From assembly GCA_963790365.1 (NCBI GenBank), contig CAWBOU010000043.1:12732-76731 (forward strand): a DNA stretch of 64,000 nucleotides, in the 5' to 3' direction. Below are positions 19,244 to 27,200 of this stretch, piece by piece (within the stretch, counting starts at the first letter, position 1; every line of letters begins with the position of its first letter). The notes beneath the pieces are model-generated. The model did not search any database and had not been told where the DNA came from. It was given only the letters and a program-made list of their open reading frames with translations. Made by a program: the position numbers and the translations under genes. This stretch comes from an uncultured delta proteobacterium (GTDB taxonomy: Bacteria; Desulfobacterota; Binatia; JACPRU01).

Positions 19244-20170
19244 CTACCTCTTCGACTTCACGAACGCGCCGATGCGCTCGATCGCGTCGAGCGCCTCCGG
19301 CAGGAGCGGCGCGTAGCCCTGGAACACGTGCGGCATGCCTTCGAAGACGTCGACGCTCGCCTCGATCCCCACCGCGCGTGCCTTCGCGACAAATCGCGTC
19401 GAATCATCGCGCAGGATCTCGAGCCCGCCGACCTGGAAGTAGAGCGGCGGGAGGTCGCGCATGTCGTCGTAGAGCGGCGAGGCGTACGGCATCCGCGGGT
19501 CCTCGCCGTTCTGGAGGTAGAGCTTGCAGACTTCCCTGACGCTCTCCGGCGAGACCCAGTCGTCGACCGCGCGCCGCGACTCCATGCTCGGGCTCTCGCA
19601 GAGGAAGTCCGTGCCGGGCGACATCGGTACGAGGCCGTGCGGCGCGCGACGTCCGGCATCGCGGATGCGGAGCGCGGTGGTGAGCGTCAGCCCGCCGCCG
19701 GCGCTGTCTCCGGAGATGAACATGCGCTCGGCCTTGCTCGCGCCGTCCGGGCCGTTCTCGAGCATCCACTCGTAGCCGGTGACGCAGTCGTCGAGCCCGG
19801 CGGGATAAGGATTCTCCGGAGCGAGACGATATTCGACGGCGAGCACCGCGCATCCCGTCGCCCGCGCGATGCGACTCATGAACGGGCGATGCGAATCGAT
19901 GCCGCAGAAGCACCACCCGCCGCCGTGGAGATACAGGAGCCGGTGGCGAGGATTTCCTTCCTTCGTGGTCAGCCACTCCCCGCGCATCCGGCCGATCGTG
20001 ACCGGCTTCGTGTCGGCGACGACCTCGCGACACGCGGGGTCGGCCCAGAACGTCCCGTCGACGACCCCGCGCGCCGCGGCCATGTCGCCGCCGAGCAGTG
20101 CCTGCTCGAACCGATTCTTGAGGCTGCGCGCGTGACTTCGAACGATCTCGAGAGGGGTGGGCATGCGCAC
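19244..20170 (-). CDS. HSL-family esterase/lipase (alpha/beta hydrolase fold 3)
   Basis: LHGGGW, YRLAPENPYPA, GDSAGG, GMPHVF. Confidence 0.9.
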   Translation of the reverse strand: MRMPTPLEIVRSHARSLKNRFEQALLGGDMAAARGVVDGTFWADPACREVVADTKPVTIGRMRGEWLTTKEGNPRHRLLYLHGGGWCFCGIDSHRPFMSRIARATGCAVLAVEYRLAPENPYPAGLDDCVTGYEWMLENGPDGASKAERMFISGDSAGGGLTLTTALRIRDAGRRAPHGLVPMSPGTDFLCESPSMESRRAVDDWVSPESVREVCKLYLQNGEDPRMPYASPLYDDMRDLPPLYFQVGGLEILRDDSTRFVAKARAVGIEASVDVFEGMPHVFQGYAPLLPEALDAIERIGAFVKSKR

Positions 20171-20222
20171 CCGCTATCAGCAGCGGCGTCGCCCAGGCGA
20201 CGCCCTGACCGTAGGGAGTTCG

Positions 20223-23177
20223 TTATTTTGTCGTTAGCGAGGTTGCCGACCACTCTTCGAGAAGGTCGCGCGCGACGCGCAGATCGACCGAGTCGAAGCC
20301 CTCGGTGAATCGCTCGTAGACCGGCGCGAGCAGGCGACGCGCTGGCTTCGCGCCCTGCTGCGCTCGCCGCAGCCGCGCGAGATCGATCGTGGCGCGGAGG
20401 ACGAGAGAGAGCGCACCCTGACGCTCGGCGATCGCGATCGCCTTCGTGAAGCACGCTTCGATCTCGGGCGTGCCCGCGTCGTTCTTGCGCTTGCGCAGCG
20501 AGAGCTCTCCCTTCAAGCGCCAGAGCTCGGGCGCGTAGAAGCCTTCCCTGCCCTCCACGACCTCGCCGAGCGCCCGCTCGAGGACCGCGAGGCCCGCGTC
20601 GATCCGGCCGTCGCTCGCGAGCGTCTCCGCGAGCCACGCGTCGAAATGCGGGCGTAGCCATTTCGCGCCCGTCGCCTCGAACGCGGCGATCGCCTCGCGC
20701 ATTTGCTCGATCGCGGCAGCGCGGAAGCCGCTGCGGCGCGCGCGGATGCGGGCGTCGCAGACGCGCGCGATCGCGAGCATCATCGTGAGACCCTGCACGG
20801 TGAAGAGATCGATCGCCTCTTCGAGACGCTCCTTTGCCGTCGGCTCCTCCGGTCGGCATTCCTGCGTGAGGAAGAGCAGCGAGATCAGCCCGATCCCGAG
20901 GCTCAAGGGATGGCCGAGCTCGCGGGCGAGCCCGATCGCTTCCTCGGCTCGCGCGATGCCGCGCTCGGGAAACCCGAGCGCCCAGAGCGCGGCCGCTTCC
21001 GTCACGAGGCACATCACGCCTGGATCGTCCGCGGAAGCCACCGCGACGCCGCGACGCGCGCGGCGATCGTAGAGCTCGAGGCCGCGCTCCGCGTGCTCCA
21101 TCGCGCTGGACCAGTCGCCGAGGAAGTGCGACGTCACCGCGATCGCCTGATGCGCTTCGAGGAGCTTCGCGGGATCGCGCGGGGACTCGGCGAGCGCGAG
21201 CAGCCGGTGGCCGAGCTCGAGCGCGCGCATGAGCTCGCCGCGTACCATCGCGACCATCCACGAGCCTTGCAGCACGGGGAAGATCTCCGCCGCGGCGTCG
21301 AGGCCGGCGCAGAGCTCGCTCGCGCGTGCGTACGTCTCCTCGACGGCCGGATCGGCGTAGCCGCGCGTCGTCGACAACGCCGGGCCGAGCACGAGTCGGA
21401 GCGCGAGCTCGTGGCGGTCACGAGGCGCACCCGTCGGCAGGCTCTCGAGGAGGCGGAGACCCGATCGCAGGAATGCCTCCGCTTCGCGCGGTGCATGGCC
21501 CCGCATCGCGCGCGCCCCCGCCGCGTGGAGCGCGTCGATCGCGCGGCCCGGCTCGCTGCCGCGCTCGAAGTGCATCGCGAGCTCCGGCGCGATCTCCGCG
21601 GTCTTCGCGACCCAGCCGCGCTCGAGCCGCTCGCCGATCCGCCGGTGAAGTCCGATCCGCCGCGCCGTCGTTACGCGGCGATAGAGCACTTCCTGGTGGA
21701 GCGCGTGCGCGAAGCGGAAGCTCGCGCCGACCGTGCCGTCCGGCCACTCGGCGGTCTCGCCCGGCTCGAGAAGCGATCCGCGGCGCGCGAGCTCCCCGAG
21801 CCGTGCCTCGACATCCTCGAGCGGCTCCTCCAACCCGGCGGCGACGCTCGCGGCGGCGAGCTCCATGCCGGCGACGCTCGCGGCTTCGAGGAGCCGGCGA
21901 TCTTCGCGCGGCAAGTGCTCGATCTGCTGCTCGAGGAACTCGCGCACGTTCGGCGGAACCTCGCGGCAGACGTCGCGCGCGACCCCTAGGAAACTGCCGG
22001 CGTCCGCGCCGCGCTCGAGCACCGCGTCGACGGTGGAGACGAAGAACAGCGGATTGCCGTCGGTGCGCGCGTGGATCAGATCGGCCGCATCGCGAATCGC
22101 GGCCTCGTCCGTGGCGCGGAGCTCCGCGCGCGTCGCGAGGTACGCCGCGACGCCTTCCTTCGAAAGCGGCGCGAGCGCGAGCTCGTGACACCACCCGCGC
22201 ACCTGCAGCTCCTGCTGGATCGCCCAGAGCGGGTGCTCGCCCGTGCGCACGACCGAAGGGCGGTACGTGCCGACCACGAGGAGCCGTGCCGGCTCGCGAC
22301 GCCGCGCGAGGAACGCGAGGAGATCGAGCGTCGCGTGGTCGCTCCCATGGAGGTCCTCGAGCCAGAGCACGAGCGGCGAGCGGTGTCCGATCTCCTCGAT
22401 CGCGTCGGCCATCTCGCGGAGCATCCGTTCCGGCGTCGCGCCCGCGACTCGCGCGTCGAGCGCCTCGCGATCGGACGCGGACGCGACCGACGGCATCTGC
22501 GCGAGCCAGAGCGGGGCATGCCGGGCAAGGATCTCCACCACCGCCTCGCTGCCGGGCGCGCGGCAGAGCCGCGTGAAGGCCTCGAGCACCGGGAGATAGG
22601 CCTCGGGCGTGCCGTAGTGCTCGATGCACTGTCCGCGCGCGATCCGGAAGCTCGCCGCGCGGCGCGCGGCGAACGCGTCGACGAGCGTCGTCTTGCCGAT
22701 GCCGGCCTCGCCCGTCACGAACACGATGCGGCGCTCGCCGGCGAGCGCGTCGGCGAGCCAGCGGTCGAGCTTCGCGAGCTCCGCGTCGCGGCCGACGAGA
22801 TCCCCCGCAATCCTTTCGGGCGACGACGACCCCAGCGCGGTGGCGTCGGACGGCACTACGACGCTCACCGGCGCGACGAACCGATACCCGCGCCGCGGCA
22901 CCGTTTCGATGAATTGCGGCGCCGCGGCATCCTCGCCGAGCGCTTCGCGAATCTCGTGGAGGCAGACTCGCGGCGACGTGGGGGTCACGTGGACGCCGCC
23001 CCAGACGACGTCGAGCAGGTCCTGCTTGGTGACGAGCCGCCCCGGGTGCTCGACCAGATGGCGGAGCATCGCGAACGGCTTCGGGCTGAGCGCGATCTCC
23101 TCGGAGCCACGCCACAGGCGCTCGTCGACCGCATCGAGCCGGAACGGCCCGAAGTGGAATTCGCGCGCTCGCTCCAT
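20223..23177 (-). CDS. Second OmpR-type winged-helix + AAA/STAND ATPase + TPR transcriptional regulator
   Basis: FGPFRLDAVDERLWRG..IETVPRRGYRF, Walker A GEAGIGKTT, LEDLH, TDGNPLF, and C-terminal SLVLRATIDLARL..FTEGFDSVDL. Same architecture as 12681-15695. Confidence 0.88.
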   Translation of the reverse strand: MERAREFHFGPFRLDAVDERLWRGSEEIALSPKPFAMLRHLVEHPGRLVTKQDLLDVVWGGVHVTPTSPRVCLHEIREALGEDAAAPQFIETVPRRGYRFVAPVSVVVPSDATALGSSSPERIAGDLVGRDAELAKLDRWLADALAGERRIVFVTGEAGIGKTTLVDAFAARRAASFRIARGQCIEHYGTPEAYLPVLEAFTRLCRAPGSEAVVEILARHAPLWLAQMPSVASASDREALDARVAGATPERMLREMADAIEEIGHRSPLVLWLEDLHGSDHATLDLLAFLARRREPARLLVVGTYRPSVVRTGEHPLWAIQQELQVRGWCHELALAPLSKEGVAAYLATRAELRATDEAAIRDAADLIHARTDGNPLFFVSTVDAVLERGADAGSFLGVARDVCREVPPNVREFLEQQIEHLPREDRRLLEAASVAGMELAAASVAAGLEEPLEDVEARLGELARRGSLLEPGETAEWPDGTVGASFRFAHALHQEVLYRRVTTARRIGLHRRIGERLERGWVAKTAEIAPELAMHFERGSEPGRAIDALHAAGARAMRGHAPREAEAFLRSGLRLLESLPTGAPRDRHELALRLVLGPALSTTRGYADPAVEETYARASELCAGLDAAAEIFPVLQGSWMVAMVRGELMRALELGHRLLALAESPRDPAKLLEAHQAIAVTSHFLGDWSSAMEHAERGLELYDRRARRGVAVASADDPGVMCLVTEAAALWALGFPERGIARAEEAIGLARELGHPLSLGIGLISLLFLTQECRPEEPTAKERLEEAIDLFTVQGLTMMLAIARVCDARIRARRSGFRAAAIEQMREAIAAFEATGAKWLRPHFDAWLAETLASDGRIDAGLAVLERALGEVVEGREGFYAPELWRLKGELSLRKRKNDAGTPEIEACFTKAIAIAERQGALSLVLRATIDLARLRRAQQGAKPARRLLAPVYERFTEGFDSVDLRVARDLLEEWSATSLTTK

Positions 23178-23194
23178 CCGGATCGCCGGACGCT

Positions 23195-23227
23195 AACGGA
23201 AAGCGAACGAAAACCCAACGGGTTCTC
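23195..23227 (+). promoter_or_regulatory. Three 11-bp-periodic AACG-core repeats in the divergent regulator/operon spacer
   Basis: AACG at 23195, 23206 and 23217 (AACGGAAAGCG, AACGAAAACCC, AACGGGTTCTC). Confidence 0.5.
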
Positions 23228-23270
23228 ACTTCCGGCCGGCGCTCGCGAAGGCGTAGGGTCCGCGCCACTC

Positions 23271-24092
23271 ATGAAGAACCACGACAGCGACGTCGCGATC
23301 GGCGACGGGCTTTCGATCCACTCCGTCGAGCGCGGCAGCGGCGCGCCCGTCGTTTTCCTTCACGGCGGGGGGCCCGGTGCGAGCGGCATCAGCAACTGGC
23401 GCGCGAACCTCGACGCCTTCGCCGACGCAGGCTTCCGCGCGATCGCGCCGGACGCGCTCGGCTACGGCCGTTCGAGCAAGCCCGAGGACGCGACCTTCGA
23501 CGGCAAGTTCCTCGTCGGCGGCTTGCGACGCTTTCTCGATGCTCTGGGTATCGAGCGCGCGTCGTTCGTCGGCAACGCGATGGGCGGATCGATGGCGCTC
23601 CAGCTCGCGCAGGAATCGCCGGAGCGAGTGGAGAAGCTCGTCGTCATGGCGCCGGGTGGGATCGGCGACGTCGCCCGCTACCTGGCGATGCCGGTCATCC
23701 AGGTGATGCTCCGCGTGGCGCGGGATCCCGACGGGCCGACGCGCGCGGGTCTCCGCGAGCTCTTCGAAGCGCTCGTCTCGGACCGTGGCCTCGTCACCGA
23801 CGAGCTCGTCGAGGAGCGCTTCGCGGTCGCGGCCACACAGCCGAAGCGCGTGCTCGCGACGCTTCGCTTCGACGACCTCGTGCCGGGCCTCGGCAAGCTC
23901 CGGGTGCCGCTCCTCGCGCTCTGGGGGCGCGACGACCGCGCGGTTCCGCTCGAGGCCGGTCTCGACATCCTGCGTGCGTGCGACACCGCGCGGCTCATCG
24001 CCTTCGCGAACTGCGGCCACTGGCTGCACGCTGAGCGTGCGGCGATCTTCAACCAGACGTGCGTGAGCTTTCTGAAGGAGGTTTCTCGATGA
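23271..24092 (+). CDS. Meta-cleavage-product (BphD/MhpC-like) hydrolase homologue with Ala at the nucleophile position
   Basis: LHGGGPGASG.SNW, DALGYGRSSKP, GNAMGG in place of GNSMGG, WGRDDRAVP, CGHW. Confidence 0.8.
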   Translation: MKNHDSDVAIGDGLSIHSVERGSGAPVVFLHGGGPGASGISNWRANLDAFADAGFRAIAPDALGYGRSSKPEDATFDGKFLVGGLRRFLDALGIERASFVGNAMGGSMALQLAQESPERVEKLVVMAPGGIGDVARYLAMPVIQVMLRVARDPDGPTRAGLRELFEALVSDRGLVTDELVEERFAVAATQPKRVLATLRFDDLVPGLGKLRVPLLALWGRDDRAVPLEAGLDILRACDTARLIAFANCGHWLHAERAAIFNQTCVSFLKEVSR

Positions 24093-24835
24093 CTGCCGAA
24101 ACGTTTCTGGAAGACCTGCGCGCTTACATCCGCGCGCAAGACGAGAAGCCGCTCCTCGGGGTGAATTTCTACGAGGGCGTCATCGGCGGGAAGCTCTCGC
24201 GCGAGCAGCTGAAGCACTGGGCGCTCAACATGTTCTATGTCTCCGGGCAGCACATCCGTGCGTTCGGCGGGATCTTCCTGAACACGGGGCTCGCGCCGCT
24301 CGACTGCCGGATCCGCCAGCACATCGTCGAGAACCTGATCGACGAGGAGACGAATCAGGGGCGTGGCGACGAGCCGCACTGGAAGCTCGCGGCGCGGCTC
24401 GCACGCGCGCTCGGCGCGACCGACGAAGAGCTGATGAACCCACGTGTGTCGAAGGAATCCGTCGAGTACGTCGAGTGGGTGATCGAGCTCGGGCGCCGCG
24501 AGTACGGCGCTGTCACGCTCGCGGCGATGTCGATCGGCGGCGAGACGCGCACCGACAAGGGAGTCGGCCAGATGCTGCAGGCGCTCCGCGATCACTACGG
24601 GCTCAGCCGCGAGGCGCTCGAGTTCTTCTACGCGCACATCGGCGAGGCGGAGGCGCACGGCGACCCCGTTTTCGACATGGTCCGCGAGTGGGCGACGACC
24701 GACGAGCGCCAGCAACGGATCCGGGATGAAGTGCAGACCTGGTGCAAGAAGTTCGCGGCCTCGGCCGACGGCGTCTTGCGCGTCGCGATGGGGGTCGATC
24801 CCGGCGTGCAGGTGCGTCTCGGGCCGACGGTTTAG
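24089..24835 (+). CDS. Heme-oxygenase-like diiron enzyme (PqqC/CADD/TenA-like iron-containing redox family)
   Basis: All-helical 248-aa protein with ENLIDEE-x9-H, GGE, and LEFFYAHIGEAEAH ligand-like motifs; ATGA overlap with the hydrolase. Confidence 0.72.
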   Translation: MTAETFLEDLRAYIRAQDEKPLLGVNFYEGVIGGKLSREQLKHWALNMFYVSGQHIRAFGGIFLNTGLAPLDCRIRQHIVENLIDEETNQGRGDEPHWKLAARLARALGATDEELMNPRVSKESVEYVEWVIELGRREYGAVTLAAMSIGGETRTDKGVGQMLQALRDHYGLSREALEFFYAHIGEAEAHGDPVFDMVREWATTDERQQRIRDEVQTWCKKFAASADGVLRVAMGVDPGVQVRLGPTV

Positions 24836-24837
24836 GC

Positions 24838-26319
24838 ATGGGAGCTCGAACCGGACGGCAGTACGTCGAGCGACTCCGCGACGATCGTCGCCTGTTCGCG
24901 AACGGCGCGCTCGTTCGGGACGTGACGGAGCATCGCCCGTTCCATGGCATCATCCGCACGCTCGCCGACCTCTACGATCGCCACCACGACCCCGCCGTAC
25001 GAAATGTGCTCACCTATCGCTCGCCGTCGACCGGCGACCGCGTGAGCACCTCGTTCCTGCAGGCGAAGAGCTGGCCGGAGGTCGAGCACCGCGTTGCCGG
25101 CGAGCGCGCCCGCGCCGAGGCGACGTACGGATTCATGGGCCGGCTGCCGGACTTCATGAACGCATTCGTCACGGAAGCGGCGATGCTCCGCTCGTTCCTC
25201 GGCCAGCGCGAGCGCGCGTTCGGCGACAACGCCGTCGGCTACTACGAGAAGGTGCGCGAGGAGGATCTCTGCCTCACGCACGCGCTCGCCGATCCGCTGA
25301 TCGACCGCTCGAAAGGCATCGAGGAGCAGGACGCTGTTCGCGTGGTGAAGGAAACCGATGCCGGGATCGTCGTCCGCGGCGCGCGCATGCTGTCGACGCT
25401 CGCGCCGGTCGCGCACGAGATCTGGGTCGGGCCGTACATGCCGCGCCGGCCGGGCGAAGAGGACTACGCGCTCTGCTTCGCGCTGCCGATGGCGACGCCC
25501 GGGCTCACGCTCCTCTGTCGCGAGTCCTACGACGCGGGGCGGAGCTCCTACGACCGGCCGCTCAGCGGGCGCTTTGACGAAGGCGATGCGATCGCCGTCT
25601 TCAAGGACGTGCTGGTGCCGTGGGAGCGCGTGTTCGCGCTCCGCGATATCGAGATCTACAACGCGTTCCTGCCGTCGACCGCCGGCTATATCAGCCTTCA
25701 GGCGGTCATCCGCAGCGCGACGAAGCTCCGGTTCCTGACCGGTCTCGCCAACGTCGTGGCCGACACGCTCGGGCGATCGGCAATGCCGCGCTATCAGGAG
25801 ATGATCGGCGAGCTCGTCGGCTTCGTCGAGATGGCCGACGGTTTCGTCACGGCCTCTGCTCACGATGCGCTGTTCAACGCGCAGCGTCTGCTCGGCGCGG
25901 ACCCGTCGCTCGCGACACCGCTCAGCGGCAACGGCCGGAGCTCCCTCGCGGCGGCCGCTGCGATCCGCCTCTTCTTCCCCGAAGCGATCAGCAAGGCGAT
26001 CCATGCGCTTCGCCTGCTCGGCAGCAGCGGCCTCGTGATGACGCCCTCGGAGGCGGACTTCGCGAATCCGGACGCGCACGAGATCCTGCAGCGGCATCTC
26101 CGCGGCCGCGACATCACGGCCGAAGAGCGCGTACGCGTGATGAAGCTCGCCTGGGATACGGTCGCAACCGAGTTCGCCGGGCGCCAGCTTCTCTACGAGT
26201 GGTTCTACGCCGGCGACCCGGTGACGAACCGGATGGGCTTCTGGATGGACCCGCGGCGCGAGGAATGCACGGCGCTCGCGCGCGGCCTGATCGACTCGCT
26301 CAAGGAAGCGCGGTCGTGA
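24838..26319 (+). CDS. HpaB-family (group D) two-component flavin monooxygenase, oxygenase subunit
   Basis: MGARTGRQYVERLRDDR, GFMGRLPDFMN, THALADPLIDRS, GIVVRGARMLST, RFDEGDAIAVFKDVLVPWERVF, KLAWD..FAGRQLLYEWFYAGDP. Confidence 0.88.
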   Translation: MGARTGRQYVERLRDDRRLFANGALVRDVTEHRPFHGIIRTLADLYDRHHDPAVRNVLTYRSPSTGDRVSTSFLQAKSWPEVEHRVAGERARAEATYGFMGRLPDFMNAFVTEAAMLRSFLGQRERAFGDNAVGYYEKVREEDLCLTHALADPLIDRSKGIEEQDAVRVVKETDAGIVVRGARMLSTLAPVAHEIWVGPYMPRRPGEEDYALCFALPMATPGLTLLCRESYDAGRSSYDRPLSGRFDEGDAIAVFKDVLVPWERVFALRDIEIYNAFLPSTAGYISLQAVIRSATKLRFLTGLANVVADTLGRSAMPRYQEMIGELVGFVEMADGFVTASAHDALFNAQRLLGADPSLATPLSGNGRSSLAAAAAIRLFFPEAISKAIHALRLLGSSGLVMTPSEADFANPDAHEILQRHLRGRDITAEERVRVMKLAWDTVATEFAGRQLLYEWFYAGDPVTNRMGFWMDPRREECTALARGLIDSLKEARS

Positions 26320-27200
26320 CCGGCGTCACGGAGCTCGGCTACCTCGGCTTCGGCGTCCGCGACATCCGGGCCTTCGGCCACTTTGCGACCGAGGTCCTCG
26401 GCCTCGAGCCGAACGGCGCGGACGAAGACGGCGGGCTCTTCTTCCGCATGGACGCGCACCATCATCGCTTCATCGTCCGCGAATCCGACGCGGACGACGT
26501 GGCGTTCATCGGCTGGGAGGTCGCGAACGAGCGGGCGCTCGGCGAGCTCGGCGAGCGGCTCGCCGCCGGAGGCACCGCGGTCGTGCGCGCCGACGCGGCC
26601 GACGCGAAGAAGCGACGCGTGGCCGGGCTCCTCCGCTTCGCCGACCCGAACGGCGTCGCCTGCGAGGCTTTCTTCGGCGCGCGCGTCTTGACCGACAGGC
26701 CGTTCCTCTCGCCGCGCCCGATCTCCGGCTTCAAGACCGGCGAGCTCGGGATGGGCCATCTCGTGCTCCTCGCGGACGACTTCGAGAAGACGCAACGTTT
26801 CTACTGCGACGTGCTCGGCTTTCGCGTGACCGACTTCATTCATTTTCCGGCTGCGCCCGGAGTCGTGGTCGACATCGGCTTCCTGCACTGCAACCCGCGA
26901 CACCACACGCTCGCATTCATCGCCATGCCGAATCCGCCGAAGCGCATGCATCACTTCATGCTGCAGCTCCGCTCACTCGACGACGTCGGGCTCACGTACT
27001 CGCTCTGCCAGGAGCGCGGCGTACCGATCGTCTCGACGCTCGGCCGTCACACGAACGACCAGATGGTCTCGTTCTACGCCGCCACTCCGGCCGGCTTCGC
27101 CGTCGAATACGGCTGGGGTGCGCGCGATGTCGACGATGCGACGTGGCGCGTGCAGACCTACGACGCCGGCTCGATCTGGGGCCACAACCCTCCGGCTTAG
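26316..27200 (+). CDS. Type I extradiol ring-cleavage dioxygenase (BphC/HsaC/NahC-like VOC family)
   Basis: GTG start overlapping the upstream stop. VTELGYLG, RMDAHHHR, GMGHLVL, CNPRHHT, MHHFMLQ, LGRHTNDQMVSFY, VEYGWG supply the His/His/Glu metal ligands. Confidence 0.92.
   Translation: MTGVTELGYLGFGVRDIRAFGHFATEVLGLEPNGADEDGGLFFRMDAHHHRFIVRESDADDVAFIGWEVANERALGELGERLAAGGTAVVRADAADAKKRRVAGLLRFADPNGVACEAFFGARVLTDRPFLSPRPISGFKTGELGMGHLVLLADDFEKTQRFYCDVLGFRVTDFIHFPAAPGVVVDIGFLHCNPRHHTLAFIAMPNPPKRMHHFMLQLRSLDDVGLTYSLCQERGVPIVSTLGRHTNDQMVSFYAATPAGFAVEYGWGARDVDDATWRVQTYDAGSIWGHNPPA

Noticed and set aside
17807-20308. Long ORFs such as 17807-20308(+), 47114-49069(-), 44-1102(+) and many Arg/Ala/Pro-rich ORFs
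   Set aside because: Antisense or alternate-frame shadows of well-supported genes, expected at this GC content; no recognisable motifs.
22340-22360. EDLHGSD instead of the usual EDLHWSD after Walker B in regulator 2
   Set aside because: A single-base change at a non-catalytic position in an assembly with visible errors; not interpretable without reads.
12681-23177. STAND ATPases as Avs-type antiphage defence proteins
   Set aside because: The N-terminal domain is an OmpR-type DNA-binding winged helix, not a nuclease, protease or sirtuin effector, and the genes sit divergent from metabolic or secreted cassettes.
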